From assembly GCA_964036045.1 (NCBI GenBank), contig OZ038379.1:24490001-24554000 (forward strand): 64,000 bases of DNA, written 5' to 3'. This DNA comes from Eutreptiella sp. 'Long Island Sound 2002'. Taxonomy: Eukaryota; Protista; Euglenida. Positions 47,695-60,300 of this stretch are shown in pieces. The notes beneath the pieces were generated by a model. It did no database searches and was not told the DNA's origin. It saw only the letters and a list, made by a program, of their open reading frames with translations. Numbering within the stretch: position 1 is the first letter of the stretch; the number at the start of each line of letters is the position of its first letter. A program made the position numbers and the translations under genes.

Positions 47695-48090
47695 CTGCTT
47701 AATATCAACATTCATCCCCATCCCCTCAAAGAAATATCAATACTCACCCCCATCCCCTCAAAAGTACACGACGAAACAAAAACAAACCCTGCCAAGGAAA
47801 AACAAAAGCAAGAACACGACAGTACACAAGACACCTTGCCTTTGGCATGGGAGTTGGAGTATGTCTCACTGCCTTCGACTACTTGGCTTCAGGGCAGAAT
47901 CCTCTCTATGATTCAACTTAATATCAGCGTTCATCCAGGTCCCATCAAGGAAACATCGATACTCACCCCCATCCCCTCAAAACCACGTGAGCGAACAAAA
48001 ACAGACCCTGCCAAGGAAAAACAAAGGTAAGAACACTACAGTACACAAGACACCTTGCCTTTGGTATGGGAGTTGAAGTACGTCCATGCA
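47695..48090 (+). repeat. ~215 bp diverged tandem duplication
   Basis: ATACTCACCCCCATCCCCTCAAAA...CAGTACACAAGACACCTTGCCTTTGG occurs twice. Confidence 0.9.
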
Positions 48091-48973
48091 ACTTTGCCGG
48101 AATGCACGGGGTGAGGTGGCCGCACTGTGCCCACTGTCACACTATCACAAACTATCACAGTGCCCACCCACTTCCCACCATGCCAATACCCACGGTGGCC
48201 AGCCAGACACTGCCATATATCCTGTGAAATATTCTGCAACCACTGCTGCAGTGGTGGTGACATGCCCTGAAGCCAGTATATCAAGGGCACATGTCCGGGT
48301 TGTCCATAGTGGTTGTAGTTCACACCGTAATGGCAACCTCAGCCCGAGTTTTTGTCATGAAGGCAAATGTTGCCTTGCATGAGATGGACAATATGAGATG
48401 CATCCCGCCCCGCCCCCAAAGCACAAGTACCAACCGGCCCATTTACAAGGACCAACCGGCCCATTTACTCAACCCTTCTCTCGCCCCGCATTTTTTTTTG
48501 TGTACCTGTAGGTGACTGGCCACCATCCCCTTTGGTAGTGTGAGTGAGGTGGGGCGTTGCCACAGTGCTCACACTGGTGGACCCCCCGCTTCCTGGGGTG
48601 TGGAAATTGCATCACGTGTATCCTATTTGTTCATCCTGTATCTGTTTCACACCTTGTAGCAAATCCCAGCCCCATTTCCAAGAAAACCCATTGGAGTTTG
48701 TTGGCCTGATGTGCACATTGACTGCTGGCATGCCTTTGTCCTGTGAGCAGGTAGCAGTGGTCATCACGAAACCCAGAAATCATTCTGGCTGCATGACCAA
48801 TTCCCGAAAAAGAATACCTTCAGACGCATTTGGTCTCAATGTAGTATTTTGATGCAGATCTGGCCCATTGTTGTTTTTGTACATCCATGAAGGGCAGTAA
48901 AGTGATGGTCGTGCGTTTTTTGTTTCTGCTTCTCAGAATTCACATTTTTTGGCTGATACAATCTTGTCTCTGC

Positions 48974-49024
48974 AGATGCTGAGAGAGATGCTGAGAGAGA
49001 TGCTGAGAGAGATGCTGAGAGAGA
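48974..49024. repeat. (GATGCTGAGAGA)4
   Basis: Direct reading. Confidence 0.95.
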
Positions 49025-49775
49025 CGGACAACAATTTCAGAAGTCAGCTATCCTTTTTTTGTATCTTTGATCAGGTCATTGCACCTATCAGCAGAAAAAA
49101 ATTCAGTGCTGTTCCCGCTTTTGGGCAGTTATAGTCCCCGTCTTGAATATATGTTCCCATCTGTATGTGACCCCCAAGAACAATCTGGGGCCTAGTCTGA
49201 GCCACCTCAGATCGTTGTATTGTGGTGTTTTATCAATTGGTTATGGCCCACGCCACTCCAGTCCAGAAACCCTGGATGAGCAGTGTCAAACTAGGTAAAT
49301 GCTCTTTCGCGGCATTGATGCTGTGCGAGATGGTGTGTTGTACTGAATGGTTGAGTTGCAGTTGTGTGGCAGGACACTGATGCCCAAGATGGCAGATGCA
49401 ATTGAGCCTGCGGGAGTGATCGAGGAAATTTTCAGGTATCCTGTGTCATGACAGGAATGGGGAAGGTGTTGTGTGCCACACCTTCTTTCTCTGATGATTG
49501 TTTTGCATTATGAATGTGCATTGCAGCCCTTTTGCTCTGGAGGACTACACGCAATCAAGTGAAAGTGGCTGAACATGAACATGAACACACACAACCTCTG
49601 GGATGACATATCGCACACATGGAGAAGCATTTAGGTGTGTTGAGGAGGCACTACAACATCTGAATGGCAGCCAGGCAGCCAGGCAGCCCTGGGACCCACG
49701 GGATCGAGCAAGGCAGGAACCACCTGTCGGTGCAAGATGCCCGGTAACTCCAGTAGACGGCATGATAAGTGGTTA

Positions 49776-50008
49776 TGACTATGACTATGACTATGTATGT
49801 ATGTATGTATGTATGTATGTATGTATGTATGTATGTATGTATGTATGTATGTATGTATGTATGTATGTATGTATGTATGTATGTATGTATGTATGTATGT
49901 ATGTATGTATGTATGTATGTATGTATGTATGTATGTATGTATGTATGTATGTATGTATGTATGTATGTATGTATGTATGTATGTATGTATGTATGTATGT
50001 ATGTATGC
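49776..50008. repeat. (ATGACT)3 followed by a long (TATG)n microsatellite
   Basis: Direct reading. Confidence 0.98.
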
Positions 50009-51749
50009 AATGTGTATGTGTAGACAGGGACAAATTTGTTTTCAGCGGTATGTATGTATGTATGTGCGGATGTGTGTGTGTTTATGTCTATGTTTGCCTG
50101 GACATACCATGCTAGACCTGCCTTCGTCAGAGAGGAGCTGGGCGGGCCTTGGTCTTTGCTGTGGTCTGTTGATTGCCTACAGTGTGGTCATATCATGTGA
50201 AGCACACACTTATTGATGATTGTTATTGTCTGATGTGCATAGTTGATTGCCATCATTGACATCATTCACTGTGCTTGCACTGCCAGTCGGAAACTCGAAG
50301 AACATGAAACCAGCATGCATAGCAGCACACACACATGCGCGCACACAACCTTCCAAATAATTTTGCAATCGAGCAGTGTGATAGGCTGCCTGGCTGGTGA
50401 TAGGGCGGAGGTATCTGCTGTCCTTGAAGTGTTCCAGGTGGTTTTCAGTGAAGTAAGACAAAACTGGCACTTTACTCAGACTGATCATACTGTGCAGTGT
50501 TGCGCAACATACGTCTGCACACTCCGCACACAAAAGCATACAAAGCCAAGGCATGATGCTCGAAAAAAAAATACTGCTGATGCAGAGTCCGGGACCTTCC
50601 TCCCGAGTGCCTCCTTGTACATACCACTGGGGTGTACATGAGTCGGAAATTCCAAAACAACACAAAGCCAAGACATAATGCTTTTGAGCGAGTGTGATAG
50701 GCAATTCCAAGGCAGGTGGCAAAGTAGCAAGCAGATTGCAAGAAATGGACGTACGCTATTCCCACACCACACTGGGTGGTAGTGTTTCAGTGGTGGATTT
50801 GCGGTGGTTTGTATAGCATGAAAAATGTGCTGTGTACAATGTGGGGCCCCAAGTTCCTGCCAAAAGAAGACATGTGTCTTTAGCTTTTCATTGTGGGTGA
50901 AAGTGAGATAAGGCAGCCAAGGAGAACAGCAATCTGCCAATTTCCTTCACTTTGTCCCAGGATCACTGTGTTCACCCATGCTGACGTCTCCAATCACGGA
51001 TTCTCAAGTGCTCACCCACACTCGGATTTCATTGCCTCCCAGATTGGGATGCATCTTTTCCATCTCGTGTGCAAATGCTGTTCCGTGGTGCCCCCTTTTG
51101 AACAAGGTGTGCTGACAGAAACATGTCTGGACGGACATGTTTGCCGTTTTTTTTTTTGATGCCCTGTGCGGTCAACCAGGGGCAAATTTCAGCCGGAGAC
51201 TGTGCCCTGCTCCAGGGACATCATCAAAGGCCAGAGCGCCAATCCCACGGGCGCAGCATGTCAAGGACCTGTGACATGGGGATTTTACAGTGGCACGTCG
51301 GTGCCCAGGCACAATGATCCCCTTTCTCCATGGGGTGAAGTTGTGGGGTTTGGCCTGAGCTTGGTGCCCAAGGCACTGTGAGAATTTGCCCATTGTCCTT
51401 CCTTGAATTTTTCCTGATCAGTCTTTTTCCTTTTCAACATTTCTTGTTCCGTTTGACTGGCATGTGCAGGTGGTGTCGCAGGGCAGGTGAAATCGCCACG
51501 TTACTGCTCTCTGCTGTGGAGACCCCAACACCGCAGGGGTAATGGAGCCACGTCAGTGCTCTCCGCTTTGTAGGCCCCAATACGGCAGTGGTCATGTTGG
51601 GGTCTCTCCATTTGGGGGCACTTTCGGGGTGACTGTGTCCGTGCAAGACACAGTTTCAAAACAGTTTCACAACAGTGGCCGGCTTGCGCTAAATTATTGA
51701 TTTTTTTGTGTTCAGGCATACCCTGTCTCTAGCAATGCGCTATCAGTGC

Positions 51750-52200
51750 AGTCATCCACAAAGGCATACACCATATATCATCCCAATCAGAGACCAGGTC
51801 AGGAGAGAGCATTTGCTACGTCATTTTCGGCGCGTGTGCATGTGCTGAAGACACCAGACCCTTGTTGGTGTGATCCACGTCTTGGAGGTTGCTCGCACGC
51901 AGTGTCTTTTAAACCTAATGCTGTCCACACAGTTATGTGGCGTATTTGGGCGAGTGTCCACAGAGTGCCCGTCCCAGAAACAGATGCAGCTGCCAATTGC
52001 CAGTGTGGCGGGTGGCAGCGATAGAGGTCCTGGAAAATGATTGGGTGGTGTTGTACTGGCAAACTTGCTAGCAATTGGGGGCCGGGGACACACTACACTG
52101 ATGCTGATCAGATCGGGGGACTCATGGGAACTGGTGCCACTGGGGACTGGTGGCAGCCCAGCTCTGACAGAAAACCTTACCAACGGTCAGTCTTGACGCC
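51750..52200 (-). pseudogene. Decayed non-LTR C-terminal zinc-finger region
   Basis: SGTGTLWTLAQIRH...C.QP / TPTRVWC resembles the G.LWT...C..C...H..W.C block at 30.9 kb. Confidence 0.35.
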
Positions 52201-55200
52201 ACCCATCACTTGAGGGTGCTGGCAGGCAAATCAGGGCGGTTCTATTTCTGGTCGGAACCTTTGCCTGTTAAGCAACACACAGTTGTTGATAGCAATTGCT
52301 ATTCCATGGACAGTATTCGCAGACAACAGCGTGTGCAGTGATGGACTGACAGCAGTTTGCAACATCACTTGTTGGCCAACATTCAGTTAGAGTTGAGGTG
52401 GATTGGGCCGCAGCAAGTGACCTGTGCAGTTGTGAATAATCACATGTTTTTGTGTTTTTCATCCACAATTTTGGCTGCTTGATGTGTTGTCAAGATTTCA
52501 ATTGGTGAAAGTGGGTCAGAATAGTAGACCATGTTTTGGATGAAGCTTGGATAGTTCTTGTCTTACAAATAGTCCAGGGCAGGTTAGGCTCATGGTTGTT
52601 GCCACATGGGGCCAAGCGTTTATGTGTTACCAATCGCATGTGTTTGGGCAAACTTTTTCACTGGTGTACTGAACTGAGGGACTACAACAAGGATCAATTG
52701 GACAGCTGGTTGTTGACCAGTTGTTGCATGTCACATTTCCTAGTGACAAGTCCCCGAAATAATCAGAACACGTGGACCATGCACAGTGCGGCATGCAAGC
52801 AACACCCTTGTCCAAGCGACACGTGGTGTTGGTTCCATCAATTTCTGGCCATTTTTCGTTGTTGGGACCAAGGGGTGGGGATGATAGATCACCTCTGATG
52901 ATCGGTTTTGTGTGCACCTGGGGTGTTGCTCTGTGTTCCCAGGCACGCACAAATTGTTTTTTTCAACATTTCTGTATTGCTATGTGCTGGTGATGCACGA
53001 TGTCAATTTTCTTTTTCGAAAGCTGCTCTGTTCGGATGGCGGATCCGCTGGACACAGATGTATTCATTCTTCATACTCCCTGTCATAGTTGCGATACTTG
53101 TGTTAGTTCTGTTGATTTCTGGCCACTTTTCATTGCTGGGACCAAGGACGGGGGGGGTGATAGGTCGCTCTGATAATTGGTCACGTGTGCACTTGGGGTG
53201 TTGCCACTGTATTCCCAGACGTTCACAAAAATTTTCCCAACATTTCTGCATTGCTATGTCCTGGTGATGCATAATGCCATTTTTCTATTTCGAAAGCTGC
53301 TCTGTCCGGATGGTGGATCCGCTGGAAACAGATGTATTCATTCCTCATACTCCCTGTCATTCTTCATACTCCCTGTCAATGTGCCATGTCCAGCCCTCTG
53401 CACACTTCTGTGCTGCTACTGCCAACTGGCTGCATGGCCACATCTGGGGCCACTTGGGCATGCTTTCACAATACAACTTCTCTAGATTTGAAACCCAGAA
53501 GTGATGATTGAAAACTGCAGTCTGCAGTAGTGTGGCCTGAGATTTATGGACAGCACACTGCATATCGCTCTCACACTGTGCCTTTTCCAGTCACAGTCAA
53601 CCATACCCTGTCTCCTAGAGAGAAAGAGGTGTGTATAAACCCTCTGTACTATGTATATGTTCATGAGCTGCATTTGCATAGGTGTGTGCTTCTCAGGGAA
53701 GAAGGGCTGCTGATCAGGGTATTATTGGGTATCATCTGCAGACACCAGGTGTTATGTTGAATGCAGAGTTTTGCCATTGCCCAGGAGGGCTGTGTTGCCA
53801 GACCGCCTCCCCGTTCGCTATCCTTCAGGTCCCCATTCCTTACTCTTTTCCAAGGCGCACATGGTTGCTTTGTAAAACAGCCCAACATATTTGGTCGTTT
53901 GAATATTTTGCATTGGGTTAAAGAAGCATCAACAATGAGTGCCATTTGGGTGCTTTGTAGGTAGGCTCAGCTGAAGTGGTGCAGGGGTGGCACTCGTTAG
54001 GGCTTCCGTGCAACAAGATATCCCTGTAAATCTGTTTTTGTTCCAAGTAGACATTATATATGGGTTGCCCCTCAACCAAGGGTGAAAAGTTTTGGCTGCC
54101 CAGGGACTGTTTCCACTCTTTAGTTTCCTCAATTTGCTTCCAACTACCAGCTGCAGGTCTGATAGACTGGCATTTCTTTGGTTTTGTTGAAAAGGCGGGG
54201 TCAGCTACTATAGGTCCATACAGCTATGGGTTATCGTATGCTGCCCTGCAGTTGTGTTGCTGCTCTGTGTGTGCTCCAACATTCGTCCTTCAGCTTTAGA
54301 AGGAGGTGCTCACGAGGGCAACAAAAATTATTTCTTGTTTTCTAGGCTCCAGCACGTGCGTTGTCTCCTGTCAAACAAATGGCCAGCGGAGGATTCACGA
54401 GTGGTCTCATCAGTAGGCTACATGCCACCTTCAAAACAGAAACTGTCAAGGGGAATGCCATGCACGCAGTGCGCACGCAGTGCGAAGTTTTGAATGTCGG
54501 CCAATACTCAGACCCTACTTTTGGCCCCTTTTGACAAGTTTTTGGTTCCATACTGGGGGTTTTTTAGATTCCTATGCATTTGGGATGTAGCACATTTGAA
54601 TTGTCACCCTTTGTTGCTGGCGCCACTTTTTGAGAGCGTGATGTCTGCCTCGCGAGCGGGCAGCACTCGTCGTGAGTGCGATGAGGACATGGGTCAGTAC
54701 GAAGTCCAGTACTCTACCCCACCCTCCGTGGGGGAGTGGCCCCCTAACCCCTTTACCTTTCCCTCTCTTCGCGGAGCACAGCGTCTCTGCACGGAATTGC
54801 CTGGCATGGCCCGACAGGGCCAGGGATGGGTTCGTGACCCCCATGCACGACACTCCACCATGCTGTACAGCATGCAGGAGGGTGCTCTGTCTCCCAACAG
54901 CGCGGAGGGGCCCATGAAGCATGGACGGGCCTCACGTGAGGCAACATAAAGGACGGAGGGGGGAGCCTCTTGTCATACAGGGCGGCAGCTCTCCAGAAAC
55001 CCGCGCGACTTGCCCCTTGGGTGAGTTTGGGGGCTGGAATGGGTAGAAGCCCCATGGACTATTGCTCCTTAATATGATTTCTTTCCGTCACCCTTTGTTG
55101 CCCAATGTCAACTATTTTTACCCATTTTGCATCCTGCATATTGAACTCTCCCCACGATGGGGACCCCGAGAAGGCAGGGGTGATGTAGCCATACATAGCC

Positions 55201-56059
55201 CGCGGACCTTGAGGAATTTGTGGTACGGCCTTCATCCCCACCACATCACTGATCTCGCTCGCCATCAACAAGTGTGTCGCATCCACGCTCAGAATCACCA
55301 CCGCCCTCCCCTTCACCCTATTCGCAGTCCCCATCACCCAAGAGACCACGGACAACGCATTCCCCGCGCTCCGAGTCAAGGGACACCTCATCGCCCCCTC
55401 CAAGAGCGAAGCCACGGGCACCGAAACACTTCAAGCAAGTGGACTTTACAAGGCTGAGTGGTTTTTTCATAGGGACAGTGGAGTACCAAGTTGAAGGCAG
55501 TTTTGTCGTTCTCATGTGGGTCTTGCTGCTTCGCTGTGCCACCAGTCAGGTGACAGGTATTCTTGGGTGAGTATCCCCGCCTCTGCGTGCGCAGTATGCA
55601 CGCAGTGCCCACGCAGTGCACACGCAGTGCGCACACAGTGCAACAATTTGGCCAAGGTTATGCAGACAAACCTCTACCCTCAACAAACAGATGATTGGGA
55701 TGACCGGGACTTCGACACTACGTATTACATTCCTCCGCATGTTTTGGCTGGTCTAGTATTATGATCTTGTGGACCCCTGGGGGGAGTTAAGGGCAGCGCG
55801 ACCTGGGCGTCTGGCCGTAACGCAAACCCTGGTTTCCCAGAAACCCAGTTTGGCATCACTGCCCCTCTTTTCCACAGTGTGCAGTATATTTTACCATGTC
55901 CTACGGGGGAGCGGCACGCACCGTGCGCGCACCGTGCATCTTTTTTATTTAGATTTTTTATTTGACGCTATTGTTTTGCTTTGTTGTTGCCCAGTGAGGT
56001 GCCGTGTTGCTGAGCTGGTGCCCCATTTCACCCTGTATGCTTTGAGGATTGCATTGTAC

Positions 56060-56490
56060 GTACTACCCTTTGGTCTATAGCTCAGCAACACAATGTTTTT
56101 GTCTTCGGTTTGAGCCGGTACCTCCGTTTTCTACAACCGGATAGGCAGCAGCAGTACAACGATTTGCACGGTTGGTATCGTGCCCGTCTGGAGCACATCT
56201 TTGCACAATTGCGGCAGAGGAAGGTAGTACGTAATGTTTGGTAAGGTGGTGAGTAGGAATTACATGAGACCATGCGCATTTTGCTGCATATGGAACAATT
56301 CGTTAATAACAGACGGCTCCGGTACCAGCCTTATTGCCCATGGCTGGGGCTTTGGTTTCAGAAAGCTAATGAGGTGCCAGCTGAAGAGGTTGATAGTTTT
56401 AAAACCCCGTTAGCTTGTCAAATTTGTGCCAGCCTTGGTGTGCAGAAATGTGGTTCCTGTGAGCTAGCATTCTATGAAACCTGCCATTAG
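56060..56490 (+). pseudogene. PIF/Harbinger-like (DDE_Tnp_4) transposase C-terminal remnant
   Basis: QQQYNDLHGWYRARLEHIFAQL matches the (F/Y)NxxHxxxRxxVExxF motif; stops follow. Confidence 0.55.
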
Positions 56491-57899
56491 CGCCATACAT
56501 GTTACGTGATTTTTTGCATATATCTCCGTGCCAGAGGTTGTGTGAAGAAGAACATCATCATGTTGGAGTGTTGGATGCCCTGCCGATTGATTCAATTGGT
56601 GAAGGCGGATAGGGCACATGGAGTCCAAGTTATGTTGCAACCATTTATAAGGTCGCACTGACTGTCGATTTTGTAGGCAATATTTTATGGTGACTATTGT
56701 TGCTCAGCTTGTTGTACGTATCATTTTGGACACCTACATGTTGTACATGAATCTTTTTTGCTGTGTGCAATTTAGATTCAGTTTGAACTGCAAGAAGCTC
56801 ATTTCCTGGCTGCTTTTTGGGTGCCGAATGCTGCTATGTAGTATTTTTCCGTGAGGGTTCCGACAGGGGGGTTGAAGCTGTGTAATTGCTCCAAACGGTG
56901 CGCACTGTGCACCCGTCCCCACTACAAGCGGCTGCAAGCCGGATGCAAACGCCATCTTGCTCGGGAGCCGGATCCATGAGAACGGCTTTAGCGCATTCAA
57001 AGTCCAAGGCTGCAAGCTTCCCCCTGTTGGGGCATTTCTGCCGCTGCGCTACTATGGGTCCGCGTAGCTACTTTTCCAAAAGCTGCTGGAATTTTACCAA
57101 TTCATATAAACGAAGGACACGATGAGTGCATTGTCCAAACGGGTCCTCGTCCGCCCGAGCATCAACACCGTGCTGCGGCTCTATGCGTTTGACGACGGGT
57201 TTTATGCTACAATCCTCTCCCAACCCTGCTGTACATCAAGAGTTAGCTTCAGGATTTCTTTGATCAATCTAGGACGTTTTTTAAAACTTTCTTTTTTTCT
57301 TTATGCAAGGTTGGTTGTAATGCTGGCCTGAACCCTCTAGGACCCCCGTGAGGGGCATTTTTCCACTGGCCCAGTAAGGGAATTTTTGGAACCCATGTTG
57401 GAGGACCCCGAGAAGGCAAGGGTCAAGGTAGGGGTGTCGTAGCATTCGCGCTCTTCTTTGCGCCCCCGAGAACGTAGGGGTGAGGCAACCATTTCTGATT
57501 TCGTTCTTTTTTGTTTGGAACACTTCTACTTTTGCTCTTTTTGTGTTGTTGATCACCAACAATGCAAGGGTGACATAGTATTTCCGCCCTCTGTTGTATC
57601 CCCGAGAAGCCAAGGGTGAGTTAGCCATTTTCCATTTTATTCTCTTCTGTTGGCGATATGCAGGATTGTAGGAGCGACGTAGCATTTCTGCCCTCTTTTG
57701 GGCTGCTGACGGGGTAGGGGTGCCCCAACTATTTCTGATTTTGTTCGCCTTTGTGGGAGACCACCTCTGCTTGTCCTCCTTTTTGTTGGAGATTTCTGAG
57801 AATGCAATTTTGGCTCCCACTTTCTTTCTATTTTTTTTTAACTCCCACGCCCGGTTGCCATGCTTTTTGAGTGGGAGTTAGAGATTCTGAATCCAGGCT

Positions 57900-58400
57900 T
57901 TGCTGCGTTGGCTTTTGAGTTAGTGTTAGGGATTCTCAATACATGCTTTGATGCGCTCCATTGCAACAACCAACAATGGCTGCAATGGCTTGTATGAAGC
58001 AATTGATTACATTGTCTCTCGGTTGGCAATCTTCTAGAGAATTGCATCCAAGCGTATGCGGGGTTTAGCACGACATGGGGGGAGGCACACATTTCGTAGA
58101 GCGACCGGGGTGCGGTGGGTGGATGCGAGGTCCCGTGAATTAGACGCTGTGCTAGCTAATGTGCAGGTCGTGCAAAAGCCTGTGCCGGAATGTATTGCTA
58201 CAGAGAAAAACACAGGTGGCAACCAGAAAGCACAAGACTTGTTTCAAAGCTCTGCGTCATGAGATTTTTTGTGTCTTGGCCGCTTTTGTTGTGGACATTT
58301 TTCAAGTTTTGGGTGTCATTTCTAAGAGCGCTCAACAGAGACACATACTCAAAGTGGACATTCTCTATGGCGCGGTCAATGAGTAAGAAAAAGTGTATTT
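57900..58400 (+). pseudogene. Possible decayed hAT-like transposase fragment
   Basis: FKALRHEIFCVLAAFVVDIFQVLGVISKSAQ is reminiscent of the hAT helical region; weak. Confidence 0.25.
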
Positions 58401-59649
58401 CCCCTCCAAAAGGTTAGCTTTAGTTGTTACAAAGAGGCCTAAAGGCATAACACATTTTTATCTTAGTATTGGCCTAACCCAAAAAGGGGTGACAAGACAT
58501 TTTGACCTATAAAACCAAGCATTGAGCTGTGGATGTCGTGTGGACCTCTGACCCTCCCACTGATTGATCTTATACACCATTTTCTGCACTGACTGAGGTG
58601 CTGACATTGATCTACAACCTATACATTTTTCTATGTTTTCTAATTAATGCTTAGCTATCCTAGTGGTCTGCACCCTAGGGGGCTGTGGCACCTCTTTTTG
58701 AGAGGTCCTCGGTTCAATTCCCAGTCAGCCTAGCTATGTAGGAATATCCCATGTGACATGGCAGTGACCTCAACGCCACAAGCCATGCCACCTCAGCACC
58801 TACAGGACCCAAAAAAAAGAGTGCACACCTCTAGATGGCACTATAAAAGAGAGGATGCCCATGTGGGCAGTTTTTCCATGTTTGTAGGATATTTTCTAAC
58901 TATCTTTTCATTAATCTGTAGTTATTGTGAGTTTCCTTTGTTGCTACATTATCCCCTTGACTATAGCCCTTCATGTTGTGGATTTGATCCTGTGGTCCTT
59001 TGCCTTGCACTGTGGGTACTTATTTGTGGTTGATTTCATCAAAACTTATTTGTTTGGAAAACCTAAAATACACCACGAAGCAGCAGGAGCAAGCAGGGGC
59101 ATCAACAAAACAACATCATCAAAGCAATCAACAGTGAAAGCCTGTTCTAACTTTCTGGTTCCAGAGATTTTCAGTCTTTGCGTACCTGCAACCCCGTGCA
59201 GTACAACCAGTACGTCGAGATGGACTCCAGTGAAGGACAAAGAAATATAATATGGACACCAAGGACACTGCTGAGACGACATCGCCCTCAGTGGCACCAG
59301 CCAAGCCAGCGCCAGCGCCCAAACTTGCTGGTGAACCTGAACTTGAGGAGCCTGTACTTTCAGTGCCCTTAAGTGGGGTGGGGGATGATTCTCTGAAGGG
59401 CTTGAGAGCTGCCTTCAGTGGTCTATGCGTTCGAGGGCTCGAAGGCAAAGAGAAGGAGAAGGAGAAGCAAGCAGTGGACATGGGAGCCGAAGAGGTATAT
59501 CCTCGAGATGAACACGGACCATCGGACGAGGTGCCCTTCGAGGACACACCTGTTGAGAGCGCGCCCAGCGCCTCTGATTTCCCTGCAGAACCCTCTCCAA
59601 CAACCACTACACTCCCGGCCACACATCTAGCTGCATCCTCATCCACAAC

Positions 59650-60300
59650 CACTCCACCTATGTCTGAGGGTCTAGGCCTTACTAGGATGCCTTCCACTTG
59701 GCTGTAGGGGGGCTGGGCCGTTCTTGGTATGAAAGGACTTCTTGGTATCACAGCAGGGGTCGGCGTCGGTCGGCTCCTCACGCTTCCCAGGGTGTTCGTC
59801 AGCCCCGCCACCAAATGATTGGCTTGTACTCGATGAGGTGAAACTCCGACGGTGGTAGGTGACGCTTGGGGAGGAATCAGGGGCTCCAGCTTAGCCGGAA
59901 TTTGTTGAGCTAGATCACCAACAATTCGAGAGGTGGCTCCTCGAAGAGCCTCTCGTATCTCCGACCGCGTCAAGGACCTGTTAGAGGATCTTCTTGACCC
60001 TTTGCTCCTTCCACCACAAGACTCAGGGCCACGTAGGCCACCCAGAGAAGTGAAACCAAGTGCTGGCATAGTATAGCCAGGTGCGGGTGCCGCATAGCCA
60101 GGTATCTCAGTCATGAACACGCCCGCCGCGGGTTTGTGATAGCCATCCTCATAGCGGTGTGGCATAGGCTCAGGAACACCGGTGTAGGTGGAGCTGGATG
60201 CCAGTGGTTCGCTGACTGCAGCTGCCATTGGTGGCACAGTCACGGCTGGTGTCCCACCATAGGTGGGGTAGAGCCGAGCTGGACTTGTTGGGGCTCACAG
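59650..60300 (-). CDS. Antisense Pro/Ala/Ser-rich ORF upstream of gag (part of ORF 59128-60243)
   Basis: 371-codon open minus frame; the 59710-60228 part has no open plus frame. Confidence 0.4.

Noticed and set aside
49603-50216. YVCM/HTYI repeat ORFs
   Set aside because: Translations of (TATG)n.
50700-50950. SWIM-finger/MULE transposase remnant
   Set aside because: Only a vague W-F-x-H-x-C pattern with stops.
59140-59175. PBS/LTR boundary of the Gypsy element (TGGTTCCAGAG)
   Set aside because: Not preceded by CA and the second LTR is outside the window, so it cannot be supported.
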